From Diplonema japonicum (Eukaryota > Protista > Euglenozoa: Diplonemea), in NCBI GenBank assembly GCA_964019335.1, contig OZ025704.1:450622-514621 (forward strand): a DNA stretch of 64,000 nucleotides, written 5' to 3'. Below the pieces are notes generated by a model. The model saw only the letters and a program-made list of their open reading frames with translations, was not told the DNA's origin and made no database searches. Positions 23,859 through 35,479 of the stretch are shown here, piece by piece. The position numbers and the translations under genes were made by a program. Numbering within the stretch: position 1 is the first letter of the stretch; every line of letters starts with the position of its first letter.

Positions 23859-24269
23859 ATGTGCAGCTTTGCGAATGTTCAGAAATTCAAGTTTGACTCG
23901 AAAGACAGGATACCCTTAAGGCTAGGGGAGAGCATCACTCAGGGGAAGGAGGGGGTGCTGCTGACCCTCAATGGTCTGGAGAATGGTATCGAGATGCAGG
24001 AGGCGAAGAATGAAGGCGAAGATGTAAAGTTAAAAGCGATGAACTCGCAGGACGTGCACCCACGGGAGTTATCGGGCAAACGAAGAAAGATCGAGTCAGA
24101 CGAGGGGACGACACGGTGCATCATAGTGTATGACGCAGAAAAGGTATGCTTTCTTTCTGGGAAAGTTGAATGTTCACCTCAGCATGAGTTCACACTTGAA
24201 GCATTATCGACGCATGCTGATCTCACGCAAGAAGAAGGCGAGGGCAGTAAGCGCAAATGTGACGACTAG
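23859..24269 (+). CDS. Small EAF-like (ELL-associated factor) domain protein; in-frame intron 24144-24182
   Basis: LRLGES...LSG...CIIVYDAEK/HEFTLEAL fits the EAF domain pattern once the 39-nt GTATG...CAG intron is removed. Confidence 0.45.
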   Translation: MCSFANVQKFKFDSKDRIPLRLGESITQGKEGVLLTLNGLENGIEMQEAKNEGEDVKLKAMNSQDVHPRELSGKRRKIESDEGTTRCIIVYDAEKVCFLSGKVECSPQHEFTLEALSTHADLTQEEGEGSKRKCDD

Positions 24270-24344
24270 TTACTTTGCAATTTTCCTTTTTTTTAAAATA
24301 AGTTTTATAGTATCATCCCGAAACACCACCTCAAAGAAGAAACA

Positions 24345-25115
24345 ATGGGCTGCACACGATCAAAAGAATCGAGCAGAGGCGGCACGTCGCCTGCGAAGAA
24401 CATCCAAGCACCACTGCCGCACTACAAAATAGAAGATAAACTGCACGAAGATTGCCTGATCAGCCCATACACGGGGTCTCCAAAGCAAAGAGTACGCACG
24501 TTCAGGGTGCTGCTGACAGGGATACAGGAGTCTGGAAAGACACATCTTTTGTACACGTTGCTCAACCCGGCACAGGCAGTTGAGCCGGCAGAGACGGACG
24601 GATTCAGAGAGGAGACTCTATATGTGATGCGGGGCAAGGGTGAACGGTATGTAATGGGAAGCTAGGACACCCTTCGCAGGCCTCGTGTGAATTTTTGTAT
24701 TGCAGATTTAGCTGGGCGGAAAGAAGAGAGAGATAAACATTTAGAAAGTATGCTTACATCTAATGATGTTGACTCAACCCTTACAGGTGCGCTTGCAGGG
24801 AGCGCCGGCATAGTTTTTACTGTTGACAGCACGTCGACAGAGGAGGAGCTTGAGCAGTCGCGAATGTGGATACAGGAGGTGTTGAGCAACAAGCTATCAT
24901 TCAGGGGCAAGACACCACTCCCAGTGGTCCTGTTGTGCACGAAATCCGAGAAGCCGGCTTCATTGTCGTCTTCTGAGATTAGTGACAAGGTGCTGCTTCC
25001 AAATATAAAAGGAGGCAGGAAGCACACTGCGCAATCTTGTACAATCACAACAGAGCAAGGCCACGTACAGGCTGCCACCGGTTTGCAATGGTTGGCCATG
25101 ACCATCCAGAACTGA
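24345..25115 (+). CDS. ARF/ARL-like small GTPase; introns 24647-24679 and 24748-24786
   Basis: MGC acylation start, G1 GIQESGKT, G3 DLAG, VFTVDST, G4-like TKSE. A 33-nt intron removes TAG and joins the two ORFs. Confidence 0.8.
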
Positions 25116-25358
25116 GCCGTGTGAGCAGCGTAGCTGGGTCGATTTGCTCATCACTAACAATTACATCCCTTTCATTTCATTTACGATCATTCTTACCTAT
25201 TGCTAATTATTTTATTTTTTCTCTCTCTCTGCTATTACGCCCCCTCCCTTCATTTTTTTTTCTTTGCATGCCATACCCAGGAGTGCGCACTCCTCAAGCT
25301 AGTCTATTCAGTTATTCATTGTACTTGCAACTCATCACAGCCAAAGGAAGCAGCTCAC

Positions 25359-27373
25359 ATGGACAGCAGCACAGTATATCCGTGCAGCGTGTATGGCGCT
25401 GAGGAGCACCCTAAGTACCCTACGGAGGTGTGGCAGGCAGGCGAGTCGTCTACGTACATTGAATGTCTCTATGGGAGTCCTGAAACGAGCAATCCCCCCG
25501 CACAGCACGAAGAGGACGTTACTGCAGTTGAATATACTGAGAAGCCACAGGAGGAGCTAGCAGAAGGCAATACCACCCTGCCGCAGGTAAACACAGACAG
25601 CACTCCCATTGGTAGTGAAAGCGAAACAAGCCCTGGTCCGCATGAAGACAGGGCAGTCTCGGACAAGCATCTACGAGCACCGGCCTTTAGTGTTACACAG
25701 TCTGTTGTTAGACCAAAGAGCACGAGATTCTCACTCGCTACAAAGTATGCCTTTTTATGACGCTATCACACTTAAGGTCGGCATTTGGTCTCCATCTGGG
25801 CCCGGGTGCAGTGACGATGGCGGGCTTCGGTGAGCGCAGCATGGCAGGGAAGTCGCGGGTGAACCTGAAGCAGACACGGCTGAACACGACGAATCGCCTG
25901 GGGCGGCTCGGGAAAAGCATGAATGCAGTCAGAAGGGAGGTCGTGGAGGAGACCTTGGAAGAGAAGTGCTGGGAGAGGTCGCCGCTGTTCAGGAAGTTGG
26001 CTGGGAACTTTAGGTCATTATACCAGATTGCAAAGACGGCAGGGACACCTCACTTGTTGTGCTTGCCTCCTGATAATTGGAGGAAGGAGGAAAACATCAG
26101 CTACCAGGATGTGCAGGCGCACCTGTTGATGCCCGAAGGCAGTGGAATATGGGGCAGCCTGCAGTATCACAGCCTGAGAAATGATGGGCTCAGCGTTGAC
26201 ATCAACGAGGTGTCCGAGGACCATATTGAGCTGAGAGTGAAGAAGCGGCCGCCACCGCTGTACGAATCGTGTGCCCCTGTCACGTCAGAGCACATAATCA
26301 AGGTCTCGTCGTGGGAGGCACTTGAGGACACGTCTGTCATAGTTTTGTGGTTAGACTCTCCCTTGTTGAAGGAGAAGGCAGTGAGGAGGAAACGCACGGG
26401 CTTTGATCTTGGTGCTTCGTGTAACGGGATGTCCCTAAATCTGCACAATCTGGGAGCATCCATGCTTGACATGACCACGAGAAGCAACCTCGGGGCTAGT
26501 GGAACACCAGATCACCCGGGCACAACAACGGAGTACCAGAAATACCTTTCACAGTTCGTGAAGCAGTACCCCGAGGTCAATACGATCATCAACATGATGG
26601 ATGAGGAGATCCTCATCACCAACACCCACTACTTCTTCCCCCCGGAGGACCTAAGCCACCTCACACCCGCTAAAACCTGTTACTTGTGTGAATCGTTCAC
26701 GTCAGACGTTTTCAAGGCCATCGGGCTAGAACCTGAGTCGCCTCTGGAGGAGGTGAACACCAGCAACGTTGAAATTACAATAGGTGCGAGGGAGAGTGAC
26801 GCAGAGGAGGAGAAGAAGGAACAGATTGAGCAGAGTGTGCACACATATCTGATTGGCGGGATCCACCACAAGCTTTTCGGTAGGTGGGCGCAAATTTACA
26901 GAGAACAGGAAGAAGACTTCAAATTGTTGAGCAAAGAGCTTGTGGACTTGTCGTGGGTCGAGTGGCAGATACCTGTGGGGTTCCGTGGAGACCAGGAAAG
27001 AGCAGTTGAGATGCTGCGTGACTTGCAGACACTAAGCACGCCTTTAGAGATGGGTAAGTCTCTGGCGATTGTCACAGTTGCAATTCTCGAGGACAGCCCG
27101 TCGAACGAGGTTGCGGGTATGGACATCGCAAAGGAGGCAAGTGCAGACCTGTTGCTGCCTCTGTTGATGCGCACTATCGCGATCGCTGTTGCCGGCATCC
27201 CCGACATTGTCCCCTTCATCACCGCCCTAGCTTATGTACGTGACTTCGGGTGCCCTTCGATGGGCTTCTCGAATATTGCCTATGCATGTGCATCCTTTGA
27301 GGCAGCTGTGGAGTTCATCTCTTCTGGTGCGTGTCTTGACTTCGTCACCTCTGAAGAGATAGATATTAATTGA
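25359..27373 (+). CDS. VPS9-domain (Rab5 GEF) protein; intron 25745-25776 joins the two listed ORFs
   Basis: C-terminal TPLEM...ASADLLLPLL...YACASFEAAVEFI is the VPS9 signature. The 32-nt GTATG...TAAG intron restores frame. Confidence 0.75.
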
Positions 27374-27572
27374 AATTTTATTCGTGTGTCATGTCCGCTC
27401 CACAGCTGCGAAGGGGCCTGCCTTTCATCAATGAAGAGCCGTGTGCCGTGTCAACGAAAGGCAATGCTCTTCACCGTGCCCCGTTATGGTTCGTTTAGTT
27501 ACCTTTTTTTTTCCCATCCACTAATACTGAGTGTTTTTATCTACCTTTATTACCCGTTCTACTTCAACAGGT

Positions 27573-29612
27573 ATGCTTGCACTATGTAGCACTGCACACT
27601 CGCACACGGATGCACATGGTGGGACAAGGCTGGCACGTGTAGGGTTCTTCATGGATGCAACCGTTAGCCAGAAGACATCATGTATTACTGACATAGCTGG
27701 CTTCTGCAAAGAGAAGCCACGGAGAGTGATTGCATTGTTGGTGATGTCTATCAAGGGGAAAACGCAACACGGGCAACGGGCACAGCTCTCAAAGTTCATT
27801 GAGATGTTTCCCCATCTAGACAAAGCGCTTGTGGCTCAGGAAGACGCAGAGGAGTTTCTTGTAGTGCTCTTCATCCTACAGAACAGACGGTGGGGCCACA
27901 CGAGCTTCCAGTCAGCCATTAACTGCCAGGTCAGCGACCTGGCCTTTACCTGCATCTGCAAGCTGCTGCTGTCTCCTCATAGGTGGCGGTCCCTCTTCCT
28001 TGCAGCCCTCAAAAGCATCATGGCACAAGTTAACTGCAAGGATCGGTACCTCTACAGAGCGCAGGAGCCGCCGAAGCAGAAGTCGCAGGCTGCTGGTGCT
28101 GGTGAAGAATCTGAACCGTCATCTGAAGTCCCAGACGAGCATGAGGCCCACGAAGACTTCAATGACTTTGGTCTATCGGAAGCTGAGGAAGAGCTTAATT
28201 CCCTCTTGCGCGACGCGTCGAGTCCTGCACACCAAAACATGTCGCTGAACGGTGTGCCAGTAGACGACGTGGGATCGCTGTCCGAGGGAAACGTGAAGTA
28301 CGTCATGTCCCTCTTCAGCAAGGCGGACGGAGATGTACTGCCCTTGTCGTCTGTTGGTGGGTCCGAAGAGCAGACTGATCTTGTAACCGCAGAAGAGGCT
28401 CTACTCCGGTTGCATCCAGATGTTTCTCCAACGCTGATATCTGAAAGACTAGCTGGCAAGCCGTTGACGCACAGCAAGGATAGGTGCAGCGGCCCCCCAT
28501 CCAGTATACACACAGCCATTGTGCTGCTGAAGTCCCTCGACTTCGAGAGCGTAGGGTTGGTGACGCCGCAAGCTGTAGAGCTCAATGAGAACATGGTGTG
28601 TGGTGTGACCATGAACCTGCAGGAGGAGGCGAGCTATTACGATCTCTTAATTGGATGGTACCCCGAGGAGGAGGTGCTGCGTGCCTTAGAGGCTTTTAGC
28701 AATGAAGAAGAAGGGTGTCGTGCCATCAGAATAGAGCAGATGCAGGAGATGGAGAAGGAGCTGCTTGAAAAAGAACATGCCGCAGAGTTGAAAATATCCG
28801 AAGCTATGGACAAAGTGGAGAAGATTAAGGAGCTGATTCGGGCGGCAGAAGCAAGCTGTGCAGACGGAATCATAGCTCGGGAGAGACAGACAACACCTTC
28901 AGACACATCGGTGCGGGTCGAGGCCGTGGAGGCGTGCCCACAAGAGGAGTGCAACGTACCTGCAGTGCACAGCTGCGACGAGATGAACAAGAACATTGTT
29001 GTTGGTGGGCTATCCTTTTCCAAGGACTCCCTCAGCATAGCGTGCTTCTTGGAAGATGAAACAACTAGAGCCGCAGCAACCAGATTGCTGGAATGCCTCG
29101 ATGCTTCAGGCGTTAATGCTAATTTCTTCACACCCATGGCGTACATGTACCTGCCATTTCAGATCAGTGCGCGCTGCAAGGTTCACAGGGATTTCACGTG
29201 TTGCCCACCGCGGCCGAGGGGGGACCTGTCGACGGAGGTGCACTTCAAAACGAGTATCAGGATACGAAGCGAGGTGAAATACAGATTCCACTTCGAGGGA
29301 TTCAACTGGGGCATGAACCAGCCTATATCGACTGTTGTGGTAGGTGCTGCGGGGCTGCAGTGGGACCGGCTTAATGACATGGCGTACTTTGGGTGGCCAG
29401 AAGGTTGGGACAATGGAACAAGTGCGTGCTACAGCAAAGGGATTGAGGGTGTGACGCAGTATTTCTCAACTGATGGGTGCGTCACATTTGTCTTCCATGC
29501 ACGAACGTTCTTGAACGTCGGGATAGGCGCCTCCGCATGGCTGGTGACACACGACTACGGGGCTGACCACCAGCTTACAGCCACATGGCATCACACATCT
29601 GAAAGGTTGTAG
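27573..29612 (+). CDS. Hypothetical protein (helical N-terminus, coiled coil, beta-rich C-terminal domain)
   Basis: About 680-aa ORF with coding-like composition. No motif recognised. Confidence 0.7.
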   Translation: MLALCSTAHSHTDAHGGTRLARVGFFMDATVSQKTSCITDIAGFCKEKPRRVIALLVMSIKGKTQHGQRAQLSKFIEMFPHLDKALVAQEDAEEFLVVLFILQNRRWGHTSFQSAINCQVSDLAFTCICKLLLSPHRWRSLFLAALKSIMAQVNCKDRYLYRAQEPPKQKSQAAGAGEESEPSSEVPDEHEAHEDFNDFGLSEAEEELNSLLRDASSPAHQNMSLNGVPVDDVGSLSEGNVKYVMSLFSKADGDVLPLSSVGGSEEQTDLVTAEEALLRLHPDVSPTLISERLAGKPLTHSKDRCSGPPSSIHTAIVLLKSLDFESVGLVTPQAVELNENMVCGVTMNLQEEASYYDLLIGWYPEEEVLRALEAFSNEEEGCRAIRIEQMQEMEKELLEKEHAAELKISEAMDKVEKIKELIRAAEASCADGIIARERQTTPSDTSVRVEAVEACPQEECNVPAVHSCDEMNKNIVVGGLSFSKDSLSIACFLEDETTRAAATRLLECLDASGVNANFFTPMAYMYLPFQISARCKVHRDFTCCPPRPRGDLSTEVHFKTSIRIRSEVKYRFHFEGFNWGMNQPISTVVVGAAGLQWDRLNDMAYFGWPEGWDNGTSACYSKGIEGVTQYFSTDGCVTFVFHARTFLNVGIGASAWLVTHDYGADHQLTATWHHTSERL

Positions 29613-29676
29613 ATAGTTATTCCTCGTTAATTTATGCACATTAACACATATACTACACTCTAATACCGCTGCAGCA

Positions 29677-30262
29677 ATGGCAGATAAGAATGATGTGGAG
29701 GCTGAGATGACGGTGCGGCCGATGCCGCAGCCGAGGCACAAGGCCTCGGAGAGGACGGCGCCTGGTATTCAGTATGTCAGCACTGCTGTCAACACACAAA
29801 ACAGATATCGAAAGAGCGTAATGGCACGAAGGGCGCTTCGTGTGGGGGGCTTTGGAGTCCTACTGGGTTTGGCGTGGTGGAAGATACCGGGAGAACCTGA
29901 GAAGCGGCAGCTGATAAAGGACTCCATTAATGAATACATTGAGGAGAAGGTATGAAGGGGTCCTCAACAACACCATACAGCACGACATGCGAGGCATTGT
30001 GGACCTTGAGATATACGAGGAGCTGGAGACAATCGGAAAGCTGCAGCGCAGGAAGAGGTGGATGGGCCAGCCGATCCCTGTAATCAACGACGCGGCGCGT
30101 GAGTTGGGTTTCGACGTTCACAGATACCCATGGAACTATGACAGAAAACCGCCTCCCAACCCCTGGTACTCCCCGACCACCGTGTGGTACAAATTCAATC
30201 GACAATTTTACTACACCCCAGAGGAGATAGCAGAGATAGACAGACTGTATTCGGACATCTAG
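29677..30262 (+). CDS. Small single-TM protein, probably mitochondrial; intron 29950-29980
   Basis: A 31-nt GTATG...CAG intron joins ORFs 29677 and 29930 in frame. One TM segment. Confidence 0.65.
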
Positions 30263-30325
30263 TGTTTTAAGTTCCTTTCTGTAGTTTTTTTCGTTGCTTC
30301 CCTTTTTGAACTTCACAGAAATAAC

Positions 30326-32539
30326 ATGTCTCTCGCAGACGAGGTCAACAAGCTTAAAGCGCTGCTCGACGATGGCATCCTCAACCTTGCACAGTTTGAA
30401 GACGCGAAGAATGCAGTTATAAAGAGTTTTGCGTCACCTCCTTCTGTTGAGGAACCCAGACACGCGGCAGACGAATACGTCATTCATCTATTCTGGGACG
30501 TGTCCAATTGTCCAATGAGTGAGTGCGACAAGATTGCACCTATTTTACATGAGATTAAACATAACCTGAAAAAGAAGTTTTCAAAAGAGTGTCACGGGTG
30601 GGACCCTTTCGCATCGGTCACAAGAGGGCAGTTCTACTTGAACGCCAAGGTGAGCCACGGCCTGATGAGCTCTCAAATCGACGACCTGCGTGACGTGGGT
30701 CTCACACATGTGGATCCTGGCGAGAAGCGCGGGGGTGATGACCACAAGATGATCAGCGATATCACGCAGCTTGCGACAGACCCTACCATAGATTCCTCGA
30801 AGGTGGTGGTGGTGGTTATTACAGGCGACAGGGACTTCAGTGCCTCCCTCAGAACCCTCAAAAGCAACGGATTTGCAAAGACACTGCTCATCCATAACGG
30901 GAGCGCACGCAAAGCATTTCTCAGCAATGCGATGTTCGCGCTTGATTGGAACTACATCCGCAGTGCCGCTATCGAAGCGAAGCTATCAATCAATGGAAAC
31001 GGAGGCAGCAGCCGTACATATACTGGCCTGTACCGCCCTAGCGAGCAGAGATGCTCATCGAAGCACAGGAAGAGATCAGCTTCACCCGCAGTAAGAGCAA
31101 TTTCGAGACACGAGTCTCCAGATTCTGCTGTACCTATCGTAACAGGAATTTTGAAACGTGGAGTGCCCCATACGCCCTTAACCCCTGTTACAGGTTCACG
31201 GCCCGGCACACCGAGGACGTTCGGAACACCTGGTACAACACCCCCCAGAACACCACCAAGATCCCCTACATCAAGGGACAGCTTCGGCAGCAAGGGCCAG
31301 GCAGCACTTGAGATGTTGAAGCAGGCAAGCGTGAAATCAAGCAGAAACGCATCAGAGTACCCGCTGTTCTCGTGGTTGAGCACTGGGGAGGGAATCGGTG
31401 TGGAGAAAGCGGCCGAGACGATGGTGATACTGCATAAGTCGGTACTCGACACATGCGGCAGCATCGACCACGGGGATTCCGGTGCGATGACTATTGGGAA
31501 CAAGACAAGCGCGGCCTTTGCTTACAATTACTTCATCATGGTGAACATCGAGCCATTGATCTACACCATTGGAATGGGACTGCCGAGTTACAAGGTAGCA
31601 AACCTGATGAGCGATTTATTTGTTGCTCATGACAAAGTAGTGGAGCAGCTCGCGAAGTGCGATGTGTCGAGGGTAGTCTGCCCGTTTCCATTCAGCATGA
31701 AGCACGACCGCGACTTGGACACCATCTCACCGGAAGTACGAAGTAGGTGTATCATGGTTCGTAGTGCCGCATTCGCCTCAGCCTCTGGTCTGACGAGGGA
31801 GCTCCTCACCCGCCATGGTTTGGGTGAGATCAGCACGCTTCCCATTGATGAGCCGGAGGAGTTCAGAGTTCAAGTTGTAGTGAGAGAGGTGTTGAAGCTC
31901 TGCACCACGCATCCTGAGACTATCAAGAACTTTGCAGCATCACTGATGACTGTCTCAAGGCAGTACGGTCCCTCCCAGGTACTCGAGGCCGTTGCTGACG
32001 TTAATGATTTTAACTGTTTTGCCGTGGCTGGTCTCCTGTCCCACGGGTACCCTGTCCTAGGCACTGAACAGGGTTCACTGATGCTAACAATAAAGGTGCT
32101 CGAGGGCTGCTCATCAGATTCTTCGAAGAAGGTGTCTGCCTGTCTGCAGCTACTGGACTCTGTTGGGGAGCGCTTGGACGAATCAGTTGAGGGCATCATT
32201 GCTGTCGATGGTGCGCTTGATGCCCTGCTTGAAAAGAGCTTCATGAACAAGCTGACCCATTCGCAGCAGTGGCTAATGGCGAGGATCCGTAAGCTCAGGA
32301 GCAACGGATGGAGAGAAAAGGGGGGCGAGGTGCTAAATAAGGTTTCAGCACCGAAGCTGAAGAGTGAAATTAAGGATTTATTTCACAATTTTAAGAGACA
32401 AGACCTTCTCAAGAAGCTTGTGCGGGAGCAATACAAGGAATGTCTGGTTAACAGCAAACTCCAATACAACAAACTAACCTATGGCAGGGCACATGCACTC
32501 CTCCGTGAGTTGAAGAAGCTGCAGTATTCTGATAAATAA
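30326..32539 (+). CDS. SHOCT + NYN (MARF1/Limkain-type) ribonuclease + MIF4G-like protein
   Basis: SLADEVNKLKALLDDGIL..QFEDAK (SHOCT). LFWDVSNCP, DHKMI and ITGDRDFS (NYN acidic residues). CLQLLDSVGERLD...LRSNGW (MIF4G C-terminal signature). Confidence 0.75.
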   Translation: MSLADEVNKLKALLDDGILNLAQFEDAKNAVIKSFASPPSVEEPRHAADEYVIHLFWDVSNCPMSECDKIAPILHEIKHNLKKKFSKECHGWDPFASVTRGQFYLNAKVSHGLMSSQIDDLRDVGLTHVDPGEKRGGDDHKMISDITQLATDPTIDSSKVVVVVITGDRDFSASLRTLKSNGFAKTLLIHNGSARKAFLSNAMFALDWNYIRSAAIEAKLSINGNGGSSRTYTGLYRPSEQRCSSKHRKRSASPAVRAISRHESPDSAVPIVTGILKRGVPHTPLTPVTGSRPGTPRTFGTPGTTPPRTPPRSPTSRDSFGSKGQAALEMLKQASVKSSRNASEYPLFSWLSTGEGIGVEKAAETMVILHKSVLDTCGSIDHGDSGAMTIGNKTSAAFAYNYFIMVNIEPLIYTIGMGLPSYKVANLMSDLFVAHDKVVEQLAKCDVSRVVCPFPFSMKHDRDLDTISPEVRSRCIMVRSAAFASASGLTRELLTRHGLGEISTLPIDEPEEFRVQVVVREVLKLCTTHPETIKNFAASLMTVSRQYGPSQVLEAVADVNDFNCFAVAGLLSHGYPVLGTEQGSLMLTIKVLEGCSSDSSKKVSACLQLLDSVGERLDESVEGIIAVDGALDALLEKSFMNKLTHSQQWLMARIRKLRSNGWREKGGEVLNKVSAPKLKSEIKDLFHNFKRQDLLKKLVREQYKECLVNSKLQYNKLTYGRAHALLRELKKLQYSDK

Positions 32540-32882
32540 ACCTCTGTTTCTTTCGCTCTCGGGACACAGTTCCTTCTTCGCCTGCAGCGACGTAGCCCGG
32601 CGATTCCCTCAATGGCTTGTGCCGTAGAAGTGGTTGCTTTCTTCTGAATCTTAGAAGTATCCTTTCGATACTAAAGTATAAAAGCTTCCAAAATGTCAAG
32701 TGCTGCACCACCCAGACTCCTACTAACCTGGTCTGGTCGCGTGGGTGATTGGATTTGACTAATTTATATTGTTCCTTTGTTATGGTTTATTCATTCGTGC
32801 AGAGCGCCAACACCGGCCTTCATCTCATAATTATTCTATGGTTTCCATTTATTATATCATTGTCTAGTTAGGTAGGTGGAAG

Positions 32883-35399
32883 ATGGCGGTGGCAGGTCGC
32901 CAAGACTTCGTCCCCTTGTGGATAGAAGGAGTGTTGTCCAGCGACTACGAGGTAAGCACACTGCCCTTAATGTTTGCTTGTGAGAGTGACTTTGATGCAT
33001 ATTACACCACACTTTGCGAGAGATATCCGAGGAAAAGCAAAGAGATGAGAGACATGATGAGGTACAGCCGATCAGCTCGAGAGCTGAAGGTGAAGGGGAA
33101 GTGGCAGGAGAGCCTTGAAGCCATGAATGAGTCTCTCAACTTGCGGAAGAAAGTATTTGAGAACGAGGACTATCAGCTAGTGGCAGCACAGCAGCACTAT
33201 TGTCTGACTGCTGTGCATTACGCATCGCAAGCACTTGTTCAGCAGCAGGGTACAACGTCATACGAGCTGTTCAAAGAGGCGAAGGAGGCTGTGGAGGCAA
33301 ACTTGCCCACAATGGAGAGGCCCTTCTTTGAGGTAATGCTGTATAGCAATTGGGCAAACTACTGGAACCGCCGCGGCAGGCCATCGTCGACATGCCAGTC
33401 GTGCGGGTCGGCTTTGAAGCGCTGGAGGAAGCTCATCCAAGTGTTGCCTCCGTCGTGCAGCGAAGCGCCAGACTTCAAGCTCTTCACCTCCTTTTTATTA
33501 CTGCGGTACGGAGCCAGCCAACTACTGTGCTGCAAGTATGGTGCAGCCCAGGCGTCGCTTGTAGAGGGGCTCAACTGCATGACGCAGCTCGCACCCCCAG
33601 TCCAAATACCTGCAGGTGCCATCAACGCTACCGGGCTGAGCTTTAGCGACGCTCCCAAGATCTATCTCCCTGTGGAGAAGATTAACATGTGCGTGACGTC
33701 GGCCTACTCGCATTACGACACGCCGTGGCCGCTGCTTCCGTCGCTGCGAACTGTCGGATTGTACAACCTGAGCTATGCAAACATCTACCTGTTGCGCTTC
33801 AGTGCCGCTACAGAGAATCTTGAGAAATGCGCAAAGCAGTTTGAAAGAAGCTTGCGTATGTATAAGAAAGAAGGGAATGAGCACTGGTGGAACGAAGTAC
33901 AACTGGCCTTTAAGCATTGCTCCACGGTGTTGAGCTCTGGTAAAAAGATACGAGTCGACCACTGGAACAGCCATCACAGAGGGCTACAGACTATCTTCAT
34001 GCAGGACCACCAGCGGGGCGTAAGCAAAGCTAACAGCCACATTGACGAAGAACAGAAAGACGAAAGCACGGAGGTGTGGGAGAAGCTGGTACCCTGTTTG
34101 AAGAAGAAGATGACTTTCAAGCACGCAATGAAAACAATGGATGGCATGGCTGTCAAAATGAAGCAGGATCCGCAGATCATATCACTGGCAAACAAGATTA
34201 AGGAGAAGCAAGATTTAACAAAAGTAAAAAAGCGGGTGAAAGAAGCACAAGAAAGTGAAGGGGTACAGGGACAGGGACTATGGAATAGCAAATTCACATT
34301 GCACAGTAGTAATAAAAGGTATATTGCAACCTTTCCGAACACGACGCAGCAGAGGACAGTTGTGAAGAAGACACGTTCGCATGCTACCAGCCCTGTTCAC
34401 GAGGAGGTTGCAGAAGAGAAAGAGAAAGAGCTGTCGCCACGTCAGATCTTGAAAGATTCGTTGTTTGAACTCTACTGCCCCTCGCAGGAGGTGGCAGAGG
34501 ACCCTGCTTATGAAGCCGCAAAGATGAGGCTATCAGGAATCTCGCAAAGAGAGCATGTCCTGACGGAATACGCGTCTTCACTTGAGCGGGAGCTCAGTAG
34601 AGTGGCCAAGCAGAAGGATGATGTTGCATCTACTCGAAAGAAGCTGGAGCTAATTTGTGAGAAAGGACCTGTGAAGCCAGAGAAAAAGCCACCGCAGATT
34701 GAGGAACCAAAAGAGGTGGACGTGGCACCTAAAGAGATACCGGCATACTGTGACACTGCAGCACAAAAAGCACCCCCCGTGTTGGACAATCTCAATAAGA
34801 TCACGAACAGATTCATGCACGGGTTTGGTAAGGCGAAGACACCTGAGCCTGCTATGGACAACACAAGTGAGGGTAGCGATGAGAGCTTCTGTGACAAGCT
34901 GAGCAGCGTCTACGGGCGCAGACAGAAGATGTGCAGATCAACATCTCCGAAGTCTGATGCATTCAAGAGACCAAAGAGCTTTGTGAACAGCAGGTCAGCT
35001 GGTGAGAGGCAGCAACGGCTGCGCACCCTCTTGCCCCATCTGGACCAGCATGGCGAAATGTATAGAATGGTCACAAAGGAGCTGGCATCCAACCAGCAGG
35101 TGCTGACATGTCGGGCAAAGGAAAGACGCCTGCAACGAATGGTCGAGGTTGCGAAGAAAGGCAGGATTGCACTGCACATCGGAAGCGACGTCAAGAAGAA
35201 CATTATTGCTGATAGAGAAGCCCTCAGGAACGCAAGGTGGGTGTTCTCCGCAACGTTAGCAGTTGCAGCCACACTGGACAGCGCTAGCATGCTCAGCACC
35301 CAGGAGACTGCTACTCTGGGCGATACTGCCACTGAGCTGGGTTGTGGTGATGAAACACCTGTTTTACACGAGGACGCTGTTCCTGTTCCTCCCGTTTGA
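32883..35399 (+). CDS. TPR-like helical-repeat protein with a charged C-terminus
   Basis: 838-aa ORF. TPR-like segments GKWQESLEAMNESLNLRKKV and LYNLSYANIYLLRFSAATENLEKC. Confidence 0.65.
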   Translation: MAVAGRQDFVPLWIEGVLSSDYEVSTLPLMFACESDFDAYYTTLCERYPRKSKEMRDMMRYSRSARELKVKGKWQESLEAMNESLNLRKKVFENEDYQLVAAQQHYCLTAVHYASQALVQQQGTTSYELFKEAKEAVEANLPTMERPFFEVMLYSNWANYWNRRGRPSSTCQSCGSALKRWRKLIQVLPPSCSEAPDFKLFTSFLLLRYGASQLLCCKYGAAQASLVEGLNCMTQLAPPVQIPAGAINATGLSFSDAPKIYLPVEKINMCVTSAYSHYDTPWPLLPSLRTVGLYNLSYANIYLLRFSAATENLEKCAKQFERSLRMYKKEGNEHWWNEVQLAFKHCSTVLSSGKKIRVDHWNSHHRGLQTIFMQDHQRGVSKANSHIDEEQKDESTEVWEKLVPCLKKKMTFKHAMKTMDGMAVKMKQDPQIISLANKIKEKQDLTKVKKRVKEAQESEGVQGQGLWNSKFTLHSSNKRYIATFPNTTQQRTVVKKTRSHATSPVHEEVAEEKEKELSPRQILKDSLFELYCPSQEVAEDPAYEAAKMRLSGISQREHVLTEYASSLERELSRVAKQKDDVASTRKKLELICEKGPVKPEKKPPQIEEPKEVDVAPKEIPAYCDTAAQKAPPVLDNLNKITNRFMHGFGKAKTPEPAMDNTSEGSDESFCDKLSSVYGRRQKMCRSTSPKSDAFKRPKSFVNSRSAGERQQRLRTLLPHLDQHGEMYRMVTKELASNQQVLTCRAKERRLQRMVEVAKKGRIALHIGSDVKKNIIADREALRNARWVFSATLAVAATLDSASMLSTQETATLGDTATELGCGDETPVLHEDAVPVPPV

Positions 35400-35479
35400 A
35401 CCGTTTCCACGGTTCACTGTATCGTCTTAACTTTTAGTAAATGAATGTGGTCCTGTAGCACACTCACGACAGGTCAACA

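Noticed and set aside
24345-30262. Apparent frameshifts or stop-codon readthrough between adjacent ORFs (alternative genetic code or editing)
   Set aside because: Each break is resolved by a canonical small GT-AG intron, and the standard code fits.
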